64,000 bases of DNA. Source: a virus. Lineage: Duplodnaviria; Heunggongvirae; Uroviricota; Caudoviricetes. Under the pieces are notes generated by a model, which was given only the letters and a program-made list of their open reading frames with translations, was not told the origin of the DNA and ran no database searches. Location: positions 2,480 through 66,479 of IMG/VR virus record IMGVR_UViG_3300006145_000006; one strand, written 5' to 3'. The translations under genes were made by a program, and so were the position numbers. Below, one piece after another: positions 25,123 to 34,377 of this stretch (within the stretch, counting starts at the first letter, position 1; each line of letters begins with the position of its first letter).

Positions 25123-27299
25123 TATAAGTGAAGCACCCGCTCCTTAATTTCCTGTACACGGCCTTGGTTCCAGTCGTTTGTGCCGATATATCCACAGGTT
25201 CTTCGCGCCACGTTCATCTTATCCTTGTCCCGGTTGCCGCAGTTGGGGCACTGCCACACCAGCTTGCCGTTATCGTCTTCCACGGCTTCGATCTCACCGT
25301 CCCAGCCACAGATCTGGCAGTAGTCGCTCTTTGTATTGAGCTCGGCGTACATGATGTTGTCGTAGATAAACCGGATGACGCTAAGGACGGCCTGGATATT
25401 GTCCTGCATATTCGGGACCTCTATATAACTGATGGCCCCGCCGGGACTGAGCGCCTGGAACTGCGCCTCAAACGCCAGCTTGGAGAATGCGTCTATCTCC
25501 TCTGTCACATGGACGTGGTAGGAATTGGTGATGTAGTTCTTGTCGGTCACGCCCTCGATAACGCCGAACCGCTTCTTGAGGCACTTGGCAAACTTGTAGG
25601 TGGTGGACTCGATAGGCGTTCCATAGAGGCTATAGTCAATATTTTCTGCCGACTTCCACCGGGCGCACTTATCGTTCATGTACTGCATGACCGCAAGCGC
25701 AAATTCCTTGCCACGCTCCGATGTATGGCTCTCCCCCGTCATGGCCTTGACACACTCATACAGCCCGGCATAGCCCAGGGAAATGGTGGAGTACCCGCCG
25801 TAGAGCAGCCTATCAATAGGCTCTCCTTTTTGCAAGCGGGCCAACGCCCCGTGCTGCCAGTGGATAGGAGACACATCGGACAAAGTTCCCTTCAGTCGCT
25901 CGTGGCGGATGCGCAACGCCCGGTGACACAGCTCCAGTCGCTCGTCAAAGATACGCCAGAAGGTATCGAAGTCCCCGTGAGCAGAGAGGCCAACGTCGGG
26001 GAGGTTGATGGTGACCACACCCTGGTTAAAGCGACCGTAGTACTTGTGCTCGCCCGGAACGCAGTTTCCAGCGTTGGCAATGTTGCCCACACCGGTCTCG
26101 GTAAAGCGGTCGGGGGTGAGGAAGGAGCGGCAACCCATGCATGTGTAAACATCGCCTTTCAGATCCCTCATGACCTTTGCAGAGATGTAGTCGGGGACCA
26201 TTCGCTTGGCGGTACACTTGGCCGCCAGCTCCGTCAGGTAGAAATACGGTGCCCCGTCGTTTACGTTGTCATCATCCAACACATAGATGAGTTTTGGGAA
26301 GGCCGGCGTCACCCACGCGCTGGTCTCATTTTTTACGCCCTTGATGCGCTGACTCAAGACCTCCTCGATAATAATGGCAAGGTCTCTCTTTTCTTGCTCG
26401 TTCTTGGCTTCGCCAAGGTTCATATACACGGTGATAAAGGGAGCCTGACCGTTGGTGGTCATCAAAGTGACCACCTGATATTGGATGGTCTGTACCCCGC
26501 GCTTGACCTCCGCTCTCAAGCGGCGTTCCACAGTGGCATCTCTGATATCCCCATAATCCACGTCATATGTTCCGTGCGCAAGATTGAGTTCGCAATCAAC
26601 CTCCTGACGGATCTTCTGGCGAGACACATTGACAAACGGGGCCAAGTGAGTCAAAGAGATGGACTGCCCGCCGTACTGGTTGGAGGCCACCTGGGCGATG
26701 ATCTGAGTGGCGATGTTGCAGGCGGTGGAGAAGCTGTGGGGCCGCTCGATCATGGTGCCGGTGATAACGGTGCCGTTTTGGAGCATGTCCTCCAAATTGA
26801 CAAGACAACAGTTGATCGTGTGGTGGATGAAGTAATCTCCGTCGTGGAAGTGGATGACACCCTGCTCATGCGCCTGCCGGATGTCATCTGGGAGCAGGGA
26901 CTTTTCTGTGATGTATCTGGAGACCTCTCCGGCTACATAGTCACGCTGTGTAGAGGCGATCACCGGGTTTTTGTTTGAGTTCTCCTTGTTCGCTTCTTCG
27001 CTCTTCCCGTCCACGATTGTCATGACCCTCTGGATCAGCGCATCCTCCTCGCGGTAGTTTGTTCGCGTCTGGCGGTAGCGGATATATACCTTGGCAAGCT
27101 CATAGGCATCATGAGCCAGCAGCTCGTTCTCCACCATATCCTGGATATCCTCCACAGACACGGCATAACCCAACGATGCGCACTTGGTCTCAATGCTGTC
27201 GGCAATTTGCAGGATGATTTCCTCTGACACTCTGTTGTCCTGGTCAACATCAGAGCACGCCCCCCGGACAGCCGCGATGATTTTGTCCTTGCGGAACAC
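25122..27299 (-). CDS. nrdD: anaerobic ribonucleoside-triphosphate reductase (class III RNR) NrdD
   Basis: C-terminal glycyl-radical motif RRTCGYIG and Zn ribbon CQICG...CPNCG; 725 aa. Confidence 0.9.
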   Translation of the reverse strand: MFRKDKIIAAVRGACSDVDQDNRVSEEIILQIADSIETKCASLGYAVSVEDIQDMVENELLAHDAYELAKVYIRYRQTRTNYREEDALIQRVMTIVDGKSEEANKENSNKNPVIASTQRDYVAGEVSRYITEKSLLPDDIRQAHEQGVIHFHDGDYFIHHTINCCLVNLEDMLQNGTVITGTMIERPHSFSTACNIATQIIAQVASNQYGGQSISLTHLAPFVNVSRQKIRQEVDCELNLAHGTYDVDYGDIRDATVERRLRAEVKRGVQTIQYQVVTLMTTNGQAPFITVYMNLGEAKNEQEKRDLAIIIEEVLSQRIKGVKNETSAWVTPAFPKLIYVLDDDNVNDGAPYFYLTELAAKCTAKRMVPDYISAKVMRDLKGDVYTCMGCRSFLTPDRFTETGVGNIANAGNCVPGEHKYYGRFNQGVVTINLPDVGLSAHGDFDTFWRIFDERLELCHRALRIRHERLKGTLSDVSPIHWQHGALARLQKGEPIDRLLYGGYSTISLGYAGLYECVKAMTGESHTSERGKEFALAVMQYMNDKCARWKSAENIDYSLYGTPIESTTYKFAKCLKKRFGVIEGVTDKNYITNSYHVHVTEEIDAFSKLAFEAQFQALSPGGAISYIEVPNMQDNIQAVLSVIRFIYDNIMYAELNTKSDYCQICGWDGEIEAVEDDNGKLVWQCPNCGNRDKDKMNVARRTCGYIGTNDWNQGRVQEIKERVLHL

Positions 27300-27432
27300 G
27301 GCCTCCGAGCCATCTCGCTTGATAATATTGATAGGTCACACCTCCATTCCTTTGCTGAGTTTCTGGATGTATTCATATACATCCTGCCAATTCTTGGCTC
27401 TGACCGCACCTATCTTCCGTTCATCCAACGTC

Positions 27433-27753
27433 CTAATACCTATATTGCATGGTATCAGGGTGCGCCGCTGTCACTACATACACATCGTGCCCCTCGTCAA
27501 TCAGACGTTTCAAATACTCTCGCGCACCACTCTTTGGTCGCACCTTCGCCCACACATCATAGTCTGATAGGACCGCTCTGATTTCGAGCGGCGTCAGCTC
27601 CGGGAACAGATGGTCAAAATTCCACTTCGTAACATCTCCTACAAATACATTCCTCCCACATTTCTCGTTGAGAGCTTCGATCCAAGCAGGAAGGAGGTCC
27701 TCCATCACATCGTCCATGTCAACCAGAACAGTAAGCTTTACGGAGTCTGGCAT
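27433..27753 (-). CDS. 5'(3')-deoxyribonucleotidase-like HAD phosphatase
   Basis: VLVDMDDVMEDL (DxDxV nucleophile motif), NT5C-like. Confidence 0.6.
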   Translation of the reverse strand: MPDSVKLTVLVDMDDVMEDLLPAWIEALNEKCGRNVFVGDVTKWNFDHLFPELTPLEIRAVLSDYDVWAKVRPKSGAREYLKRLIDEGHDVYVVTAAHPDTMQYRY

Positions 27754-28310
27754 ACTATCGCCTCCTCAAACTTAACCTCGCGTCCTCCTGTCAACTCAAC
27801 AGCCAGGTCGATGATATGCCTTCGCAGGTCTTCCACTGTCCCGTCATTGATAAGAGCGTAGTCGTAGTCGTATGTATCAAGCGCTGTCTCCGACGGGTGT
27901 GCCTGCTGCTCCGGGCTGAGTGGGCTGTCGAAGTTTGTACGGAACACACGAACGTGGGTGGTATCAAAGCTGCGTTTCATAGCGTCAACCTCATTCGGGA
28001 AACGGGTATCGGCAATGATCACATATTCCCACTCGTCCGGGAACAGCCCCAGAACACTTTTAATGAAGTCAACCCAGAAATCCGGCTGTTTGGCTCGCAC
28101 AACATCAGTTCCCACATACTGGAGGATCTGACGGCCAATATCATCCTTTTCGCCGTTCCACTCAAAGAACGTCTTACACATAAACTTGAGCAGGTCCGCA
28201 TAGTGTACGACCTTGACGCTGTGACCGTCGCCCTCCAAGACATCGCGCAGCATCTCGGCCACTGTGTCCTTCCCGTGCCTCGCCTTCCCGGATACCGCTA
28301 TGACCTTCAT
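27738..28310 (-). CDS. deoxynucleoside monophosphate kinase (T4 gp1-like)
   Basis: P-loop VSGKARHGKDT matches the phage dNMP kinase GxxxSGKDT motif. Confidence 0.65.
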   Translation of the reverse strand: MKVIAVSGKARHGKDTVAEMLRDVLEGDGHSVKVVHYADLLKFMCKTFFEWNGEKDDIGRQILQYVGTDVVRAKQPDFWVDFIKSVLGLFPDEWEYVIIADTRFPNEVDAMKRSFDTTHVRVFRTNFDSPLSPEQQAHPSETALDTYDYDYALINDGTVEDLRRHIIDLAVELTGGREVKFEEAIVCQTP

Positions 28311-28975
28311 ACATTGACCCCCTCAAGAGCGCCTTGTTGTGTCAGGCCGTCTACGACATCCTGGAACAGAAGCGGGCACTCGCTATAAAATTGTTTGAGT
28401 AGCATAGCCGCTACCTCTCGCATCTGCGGATGCGCGGCATTGGCACACCGCAGCTTAAAGAAGTGCCTCCACTCCCTGATGTTGGCCGTCATGACCACCT
28501 CGGTCTTGAGGCTGTTGGGCAAGACTGCCCGGGCCTCCTGTGGAGTGCATCCGCTTCCAAGCATATCGAAGTAGTGACGCTCGGCGTCTGAACACGCTTG
28601 AAGCCAGTGTGTGTAAGCCGGAGACTCGTCGGCCTTATCTAAGTAGCACGGCTCTATGACCGTGATTTCGTTTCCAAAGCCGTCCTTGGAGTAGTTGCAG
28701 TACCGGGTGCTCTCCTGGCAGTAGCTCGCCAGGCGGTGGCGGACAATTTCGTGGCTGACACCGCGGTCACATACGAACTTTGCCGTGACGTTGAAGTGTT
28801 CCAGAACCGCCTCGTGGCCTCGCTTAATGATATTGGAAAGAAGCCTCTCGGCACTGCCGTCCGCTATCTTGTCCTCGGACTTGTAGCAGACACGTCCACA
28901 CTGCTCCAGGTGGCGCATCACGTCTTGTCCGTTGAACGGCGAGATGATCGTTGTGCTCGGCTTGATGACCTTCAT
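28307..28975 (-). CDS. thyX: flavin-dependent thymidylate synthase ThyX (start MKVIKP, SD AAGGAGAAG)
   Basis: ThyX signature RHRLASYCQESTRY (RHRxxSxxxxSxRY). Confidence 0.8.
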   Translation of the reverse strand: MKVIKPSTTIISPFNGQDVMRHLEQCGRVCYKSEDKIADGSAERLLSNIIKRGHEAVLEHFNVTAKFVCDRGVSHEIVRHRLASYCQESTRYCNYSKDGFGNEITVIEPCYLDKADESPAYTHWLQACSDAERHYFDMLGSGCTPQEARAVLPNSLKTEVVMTANIREWRHFFKLRCANAAHPQMREVAAMLLKQFYSECPLLFQDVVDGLTQQGALEGVNV

Positions 28976-28985
28976 ATACTTCTCC

Positions 28986-29531
28986 TTAGTAACAAAATAC
29001 ATGACCGCCAATGCGATCGTATGTGGTTCGATTCCGAAACCCATTAGGACTGAAGAACATAACATCAACGTCAAGGATAGGCTCGCTCTCGTTCAGGACC
29101 ATCTCAATCGCTTCGTACTCCTCTTTGGTCGGTTTGGCAACAGACAGGTTCTTCGCCGTGGTGAACTGGTTTTTCTGAAAAATGACATCGCGTACCGTGT
29201 TCGGGAACTCGTCAGACAAGATGCGGTTAAAAATGACTTCTACGACTGCCCGCTTACCGGTCATCGATTGATTGCCTGCCTCAAGCAAGGTAATGCCGGC
29301 GATGAGATCGATCTCCTCCTGCGTGATGGTACTTGCGATATCCTTATAGTAAGGAGAGCACCCATCATCCCGCTCTATGTAAACTGTTTCAATTTTGGGC
29401 GTTGGAATCAGCCTTTCTATGTAAATAGGTTCAGGCTTCTGTACTTTAAAAGCTATACAAACAGCCATCGATACAGCCAATGCGAAGACGGCAAAACGCC
29501 ACAAAAATATTTTTATTTCGAGCCCTCCCAT
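28986..29531 (-). CDS. membrane-anchored SleB/CwlJ-like cell wall hydrolase (Hydrolase_2 family)
   Basis: N-terminal TM. Motif LIAGITLLEAGNQSMTGKRAVVEVIFNRI...FPNTVRDVIFQKNQFT. Confidence 0.65.
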   Translation of the reverse strand: MGGLEIKIFLWRFAVFALAVSMAVCIAFKVQKPEPIYIERLIPTPKIETVYIERDDGCSPYYKDIASTITQEEIDLIAGITLLEAGNQSMTGKRAVVEVIFNRILSDEFPNTVRDVIFQKNQFTTAKNLSVAKPTKEEYEAIEMVLNESEPILDVDVMFFSPNGFRNRTTYDRIGGHVFCY

Positions 29532-29800
29532 CGAACCGCATCCAGCAAGTTCTTACCAGGCTTGAATACTGGCTTATTTTGTGGAGGAATTTTTACAACT
29601 GTGTTGTCTTTTGGGTTCCTTCCAATGCGAGCAGCTCTCTGCTTAACTGCGAATTCGCCGAATCCAACAAACTTTACGTTTTCCCCTTTGCTGAGCATTT
29701 CATATAGGGTGTCGGAACAGGCATCCATATACATCTGAATTTTGTTTTTCGGTAAGCCGTGTTTATTGCTGACTTCTTGAATAAATTCCGCTTTATTAAT
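29513..29800 (-). CDS. hup: HU/IHF-family DNA-binding protein; apparent ATT start codon
   Basis: ...KAEFIQEVSNKHGLPKNKIQ...GFGEFAVKQRAARIGRNPKDNTVVKIPPQNKPVFKPGK matches the HU arm. The N-terminus extends beyond the ATG of the ORF track. The only in-frame initiator downstream of the SD (GAAAGGAG) is ATT. Confidence 0.6.
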   Translation of the reverse strand: MNKAEFIQEVSNKHGLPKNKIQMYMDACSDTLYEMLSKGENVKFVGFGEFAVKQRAARIGRNPKDNTVVKIPPQNKPVFKPGKNLLDAVRWEGSK

Positions 29801-29877
29801 ACCTTATGACTCCTTTCGAGAGTTTTTTCACGATGTATTGTTTATAATCAGCATATCAATTCATCGGAGGGATAGAT

Positions 29878-30132
29878 ATGCCGCGTTGGCCAAAATCAAC
29901 AGGGGACTTTGATACAAAGATCGATTTGATTGACGCAAAGATTCAACGTCATCAAGAGCAAATCGACAAACTGGAAGAGGAGCGTTCCGAACTCATCTCC
30001 CAGAAACGTGACTTCGAGATGCAAGAGCTCTATGACTTCATGCAAAGCTCTGGCATGACGGCAAGGGGAATCCTTGACGTGGTGGAACCCGCCGTTGCCG
30101 CCATGAGCCAAGAGCAGCCAGAAGAAGTTTGA
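29878..30132 (+). CDS. small coiled-coil protein on the opposite strand to the surrounding operon
   Basis: SD GGAGGG; 84 aa; followed by its own terminator. Confidence 0.5.
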   Translation: MPRWPKSTGDFDTKIDLIDAKIQRHQEQIDKLEEERSELISQKRDFEMQELYDFMQSSGMTARGILDVVEPAVAAMSQEQPEEV

Positions 30133-30137
30133 TGGAT

Positions 30138-30166
30138 AACCCGCCTATTTTGGCGGGTTATTTTTA
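30138..30166. terminator. bidirectional rho-independent terminator (AACCCGCC-tatttt-GGCGGGTT + ATTTTTATT)
   Basis: 8-bp GC stem plus T-run, between convergent genes. Confidence 0.65.
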
Positions 30167-30194
30167 TTGGGTAATGCCTCATCAAATCAGTATT

Positions 30195-30569
30195 TTATGG
30201 TGTTAGTAGTGGGGCAACAGTTTTTGGACTTACAAAGGCCAGAAGGACATCGAGAGGTAGATACCCTCTAAACTTATCTCTCAAATCGTCAGCCGTCCTC
30301 TTGTCCCGCAGATACAGTCCTTTAACACCGTCGCACTCACTCTCAACAAAGAAGTCGGAGTAATATTCAAGCATGGCGTATGTCCTATCCCTATCCAAAA
30401 GCAGAATGCAGTGTTTACCCCCCTCTGCGTTTTGGTTCAACACATCCGCAACTCTTTCCCCATACCACTGCAAATCAATATAGGAGATAAACCGACGTGC
30501 CGGATTTGATTGTAATACCTCAATGAAAGCGTTTGCCGCCAAATCTTCTATCTCTAAATATCTCGCCAC
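30195..30569 (-). CDS. hypothetical protein
   Basis: 124-aa ORF in the operon; no recognisable domain. Confidence 0.45.
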   Translation of the reverse strand: MARYLEIEDLAANAFIEVLQSNPARRFISYIDLQWYGERVADVLNQNAEGGKHCILLLDRDRTYAMLEYYSDFFVESECDGVKGLYLRDKRTADDLRDKFRGYLPLDVLLAFVSPKTVAPLLTP

Positions 30570-30602
30570 ACTGCTACACCTCCTCCTTATAAAATGTTGC
30601 TT

Positions 30603-31265
30603 TTACTGGGTTCCTTCCTTCTCAATCTCGTCTAACCTCTCACGGCACACATCGAAATAGCCAGGGTCAATTTCCCAGCCTATGTAGTGGCGCCCTGTCT
30701 TGGCGGCAGCGACAGCCGTTGTACCGCTCCCCATGAAGGGGTCACAAATCACCTGCCCAGGCTCGCTGAATTGCTCCAGCAGCATTTGAACCAGTTCGGT
30801 CGGTTTCTGTGTGGGGTGATACCGCTTGTCTTTGCTGTCTCGAATGAACCCTTGTTGTCTGAATACAATCCGTTTTACAGGCTTTTTGAACGTGGTATAA
30901 ATCAGCTCTCCGTCTGCAAACGGGTTTTGAAAGGCCGTATCGCCTTTCTTGTCCCAGAATATCCAACAGTTAGACGGAGGGAGATTATTGGAGAAGTAGT
31001 TCCCACCAAAAACGATTAAGTTCTTGGCGACTCGGAACATCTCCTTGAACAATTCGGGAGGCGGGGCTTTGGAGTCCCAGCCGCCATCATAACGACGATT
31101 TTTGGCAGCACCAAATCCATTAGTCCCCTTGTCTGCCCTTTTTCCATACGGGGGGTCAGTCAAAATTAAGTCGATGGATTTGTCAGGTAACGTCTTCAGC
31201 CCAGCCATGGCATCTCCATTGTAAATCACGTCAAGCGCCATGTTGTTTTTGTTCTCTGTTGTCAT
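30603..31265 (-). CDS. DNA amino-methyltransferase (beta-class N6A/N4C, DPPY motif), orphan
   Basis: TDPPYG motif IV near the N-terminus and C-terminal FMGSGTT (motif I). Confidence 0.8.
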   Translation of the reverse strand: MTTENKNNMALDVIYNGDAMAGLKTLPDKSIDLILTDPPYGKRADKGTNGFGAAKNRRYDGGWDSKAPPPELFKEMFRVAKNLIVFGGNYFSNNLPPSNCWIFWDKKGDTAFQNPFADGELIYTTFKKPVKRIVFRQQGFIRDSKDKRYHPTQKPTELVQMLLEQFSEPGQVICDPFMGSGTTAVAAAKTGRHYIGWEIDPGYFDVCRERLDEIEKEGTQ

Positions 31266-31304
31266 GTTTTCTCCTCATAGAATGCCGCTTTACTGGGTTT
31301 AGAT

Positions 31305-31535
31305 TTATGAATACCACTTATATGTATCTTGGAACACTTGCACCCCTTCAGAGTATCCTAAAGATTCCAGCAAATCAGCCATGGCATTGTCCATTGCGAT
31401 GTGAACAAATTCGATATCATTTGAGTTATCGTCTGAACCTTTTCTCTGAATATAACGCATTTGTTCAGCGAATTCTGCTGGGGTTTTAATGGTATTTTCC
31501 ATTACCGGGTCTCCCGAAGGATGAGGGGAGGGCAT
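31305..31535 (-). CDS. hypothetical small protein
   Basis: ORF in the operon; likely internal start MENTIK. Confidence 0.4.
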   Translation of the reverse strand: MPSPHPSGDPVMENTIKTPAEFAEQMRYIQRKGSDDNSNDIEFVHIAMDNAMADLLESLGYSEGVQVFQDTYKWYS

Positions 31536-32449
31536 TAGCCCTCTCCCCCGCCAATGGTCACAAACGGATTAACAGAGTTGCCCATGACCTGGGGCCACTC
31601 CCCGTTCCATTTATCAACCATCTGGAGCTTGGTATATTCGGGGCTATTGGCGAGCTGTTCCTGGATCATCTGGATAGAATAGGCTTCCGCCTCGGCCTCA
31701 ATTCGAACAACATCAGCCTCTGCGTTCGCCCGAACAATGGCAGTCTCAGCATTAATTTCCGCAACCTGCTTATCCTTCTCGGCCTGAACCTTGGCAGTCT
31801 GCGCCTCGATATTAGCAAGCTCAAGTTCCTGCTGGGCAGTGACCTTCTTCTGAATGGCAGCAGCAGTCTCGGTGTCCACCGAAATGTCTGTGAAGTTTAC
31901 AGTGTCAATGATAATGCCATAATGGTCAAACTTCTCACGTAGATAAATATCCAGCTCAGCGTTGATGGCGGTACGCTTATCGCCAAAGATGTCAGTTACA
32001 GGGTAATTGGCGGAAACTTCTTGAGTCCAAGCGATGACCTTGGGCTTGATAAAGGTGTCCTTAATCTCTTCTCCGGACTTGCCCTTAAAGGTCGTAAAGG
32101 TTGTAGCAACTCGGTCAGGATCAAAGCGGTAGGAGAACTCCAGATTTACTCGAACGGTTTTACCATCAGAGGTAGGAATGCTGAAGCTCTCATCGTTCTT
32201 TGAATCGCCCTTGTCATCGGAGGTCAGGTAAGACTGCTCAATACCGACAGAGTATGTAGTAACCTTTTTCGTAGGAGATACCACGTGCCAGCCCTGCGAG
32301 AGGACCTCGCCATCAACGCCACCGTTCATGTTGTATACCACGCCAACATAACCGGCAGGGATCCGCTTTGTACACATCAGCAGCAGAATCAGACCAAGCA
32401 CAATACAAACCGCAAAAACAATGCCGCCGATAAAACCCTTCTTTTTCAT
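31535..32449 (-). CDS. SPFH/band-7 (prohibitin/HflKC-like) membrane protein
   Basis: N-terminal TM + SPFH core (PAGYVGVV...RVNLEFSYRFD...) + Ala/Glu-rich coiled-coil tail. Confidence 0.8.
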   Translation of the reverse strand: MKKKGFIGGIVFAVCIVLGLILLLMCTKRIPAGYVGVVYNMNGGVDGEVLSQGWHVVSPTKKVTTYSVGIEQSYLTSDDKGDSKNDESFSIPTSDGKTVRVNLEFSYRFDPDRVATTFTTFKGKSGEEIKDTFIKPKVIAWTQEVSANYPVTDIFGDKRTAINAELDIYLREKFDHYGIIIDTVNFTDISVDTETAAAIQKKVTAQQELELANIEAQTAKVQAEKDKQVAEINAETAIVRANAEADVVRIEAEAEAYSIQMIQEQLANSPEYTKLQMVDKWNGEWPQVMGNSVNPFVTIGGGEG

Positions 32450-32609
32450 TACACATTCTCCTTTTTATCATCAGAATTATTGGTTGAATCTTCTTCGTTC
32501 ATAGCGTCCTTCGCATCCGTGAGCAACCGAGCAACAAACTTACCCAGCGGGACAAAAACAAAGGAACAGCATAACCATAGGAGTGCGGCTCCTAAGATTA
32601 CCAAGATAA
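32450..32609 (-). CDS. 53-aa membrane peptide immediately upstream of the SPFH gene (not in ORF track)
   Basis: MPAFFILVILGAALLWLCCSFVFVPLGKF... Its stop abuts the SPFH start codon. Confidence 0.45.
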
Positions 32610-32639
32610 AAAACGCCGGCATTTACATTCTCCTTATAT

Positions 32640-32999
32640 TTAGATTTCATCATAAAACGGGTCGTTCGTCTCATCGTAATAGTCTGGTGCCTCCGTGGCG
32701 TTATACCAACAGAACTCAACAAGTCTGACTTTGTTCATATCTACGTCCGGGATAATCTTGGCCCATGTTGCGTGATATTTTTCCTGTTCTTTTTCTGACA
32801 GTGCTCTTGTCTTTCCATATTCGCCGTCCGCATCCCGATCACATTCAAGGACAAAATCAATAAACCCTTTTGTGGTAGGAGCAATTTGAAACTTACCGGG
32901 TTCGCCCCAGCTAAACAAATCCTGATACTTCTCTTCAAATGTTTCAAGGTCACCGTCCATCGGATACCGTAGGACTTTTTCTCTAATGTATGTACTCAT
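32640..32999 (-). CDS. hypothetical protein (start MSTYIRE, SD GGAGG)
   Basis: Start chosen from the SD; no domain. Confidence 0.45.
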   Translation of the reverse strand: MSTYIREKVLRYPMDGDLETFEEKYQDLFSWGEPGKFQIAPTTKGFIDFVLECDRDADGEYGKTRALSEKEQEKYHATWAKIIPDVDMNKVRLVEFCWYNATEAPDYYDETNDPFYDEI

Positions 33000-33132
33000 G
33001 TTGCCTCCAAAATGTTTTCTGGTTTGATTTCGTCCGAAGTCCGATTTTTCGGTCACTTTTTATGACGAAACTACTTGATAATTCTGTGAATCTAGCAGGA
33101 TTTTACCTGATAAAATGCTGGTTTTATTGGGT

Positions 33133-33420
33133 TCACAACGTGCCGTATGTCCGCTCAATCGCATTCTTGATGTCTTCAAGAACGTCAACTGTGTCGCGAA
33201 ACTCCCCATTTTCGTCTCTAACAGATATTCCATATTTCTCTATCTCCGACAAGACACTATCGTGTTTTGCCTGGCCCAATTTATCTATGAGGCCCTTTAC
33301 GCCGCCACCTCTCATGTCTTCGGTCTTCTGGTTACAGACCTCATCACATGGCTTGTCTACTCTGGTACACCATCCGCACGGCGCATAATACCGACATAGT
33401 TCTTTAGCTACCATACACAC
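33133..33420 (-). CDS. hypothetical small Cys-containing protein
   Basis: ORF in a co-oriented early gene string. Confidence 0.4.
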   Translation of the reverse strand: MCMVAKELCRYYAPCGWCTRVDKPCDEVCNQKTEDMRGGGVKGLIDKLGQAKHDSVLSEIEKYGISVRDENGEFRDTVDVLEDIKNAIERTYGTL

Positions 33421-33429
33421 CTCATAAAA

Positions 33430-33822
33430 CTATTCTTTTACTGACTCTGCGCATTTCTTGAAAATCTCAAGTATCTGCTCACTGGTCAGATTTTCGGTCA
33501 TATAGCTGTCTCTGAACGGGTACTTGTACCACCGAATTTCGAAGCCGGTAGGCTTGTAAAGGAAGTTTGGAGCTTCACACTCGACCTCATTATCTTCATC
33601 GCCCCACCAATACGGCCTAATGGAAAACACATCATTCTCATACCCACCGCGGTCATTTTCACTGGCGCAGTCTGTGTATCCGTAGCAGTCTGACTTGGTG
33701 GCCTCTAATAGGCCTTGCCACTCCGCCGAGTCAACTAGCTCTCTGTCCGGGAACTCATACTCGCCACGACTATATCCAAAGAGCAGATTACCAAGCTCTA
33801 TATCAGGATGTTTCAGCATCAA
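33430..33822 (-). CDS. hypothetical protein
   Basis: 130-aa ORF in the early string. Confidence 0.4.
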   Translation of the reverse strand: MMLKHPDIELGNLLFGYSRGEYEFPDRELVDSAEWQGLLEATKSDCYGYTDCASENDRGGYENDVFSIRPYWWGDEDNEVECEAPNFLYKPTGFEIRWYKYPFRDSYMTENLTSEQILEIFKKCAESVKE

Positions 33823-34015
33823 CCCATGTCACCTCGTCTTCTGCTGGAGCAGCGTGTGCGCCATCCTTATACCCTTCTTCATACCCGCGTTCATGTTCTA
33901 CAGTTTTGAGGTCTTCAAGAAGTTCTTCGAAATGCCGCCTGGCATCCGGCCCCATATACTCCTCAATCAAATTGGCAAACGCTCGGTTTCCTCTATCACC
34001 TATCAGCACTTCCAT
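33803..34015 (-). CDS. hypothetical small protein
   Basis: 70 aa. Confidence 0.35.
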   Translation of the reverse strand: MEVLIGDRGNRAFANLIEEYMGPDARRHFEELLEDLKTVEHERGYEEGYKDGAHAAPAEDEVTWVDAETS

Positions 34016-34077
34016 CTTTTCTTTTCCGTACTTAGGCTCTATGTATAGCGTCTCGGCTATTGTGGGTCACCTCTCTT

Positions 34078-34377
34078 TTAGTAGAATGGGTGGATCTCGA
34101 CTTCTACTCGCTCGAAATCTCTCGCCGTATTCTTAACAACAGCGATGCATTCTCCATTGCACTTTGCTTCTACGACCTGCCGAAGAAAACGGCATGCACC
34201 GCCCGCAGTTAATGCTCCAGCAAGGGGCGCGACAATCTCCAAGAGGTCAGCACAGTCATCCAGCGATAGGGGATAGTTCTGCACTACCTTTTCAATTCTT
34301 CTGGCCGCCTCGGGAGCAAATTCAAATTCCGTCATTTTGCACCTCATTGCCGCCGACTTCTGTATCATTGCTGTCAC
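34078..34377 (-). CDS. hypothetical small protein
   Basis: 99 aa. Confidence 0.4.
   Translation of the reverse strand: MTAMIQKSAAMRCKMTEFEFAPEAARRIEKVVQNYPLSLDDCADLLEIVAPLAGALTAGGACRFLRQVVEAKCNGECIAVVKNTARDFERVEVEIHPFY

Noticed and set aside
25128-26978. 616-aa + strand ORF
   Set aside because: Lies entirely antisense to nrdD, which has unambiguous conserved motifs. Leu/Val/Gly/Arg-rich composition is typical of antisense ORFs in GC-rich coding DNA.
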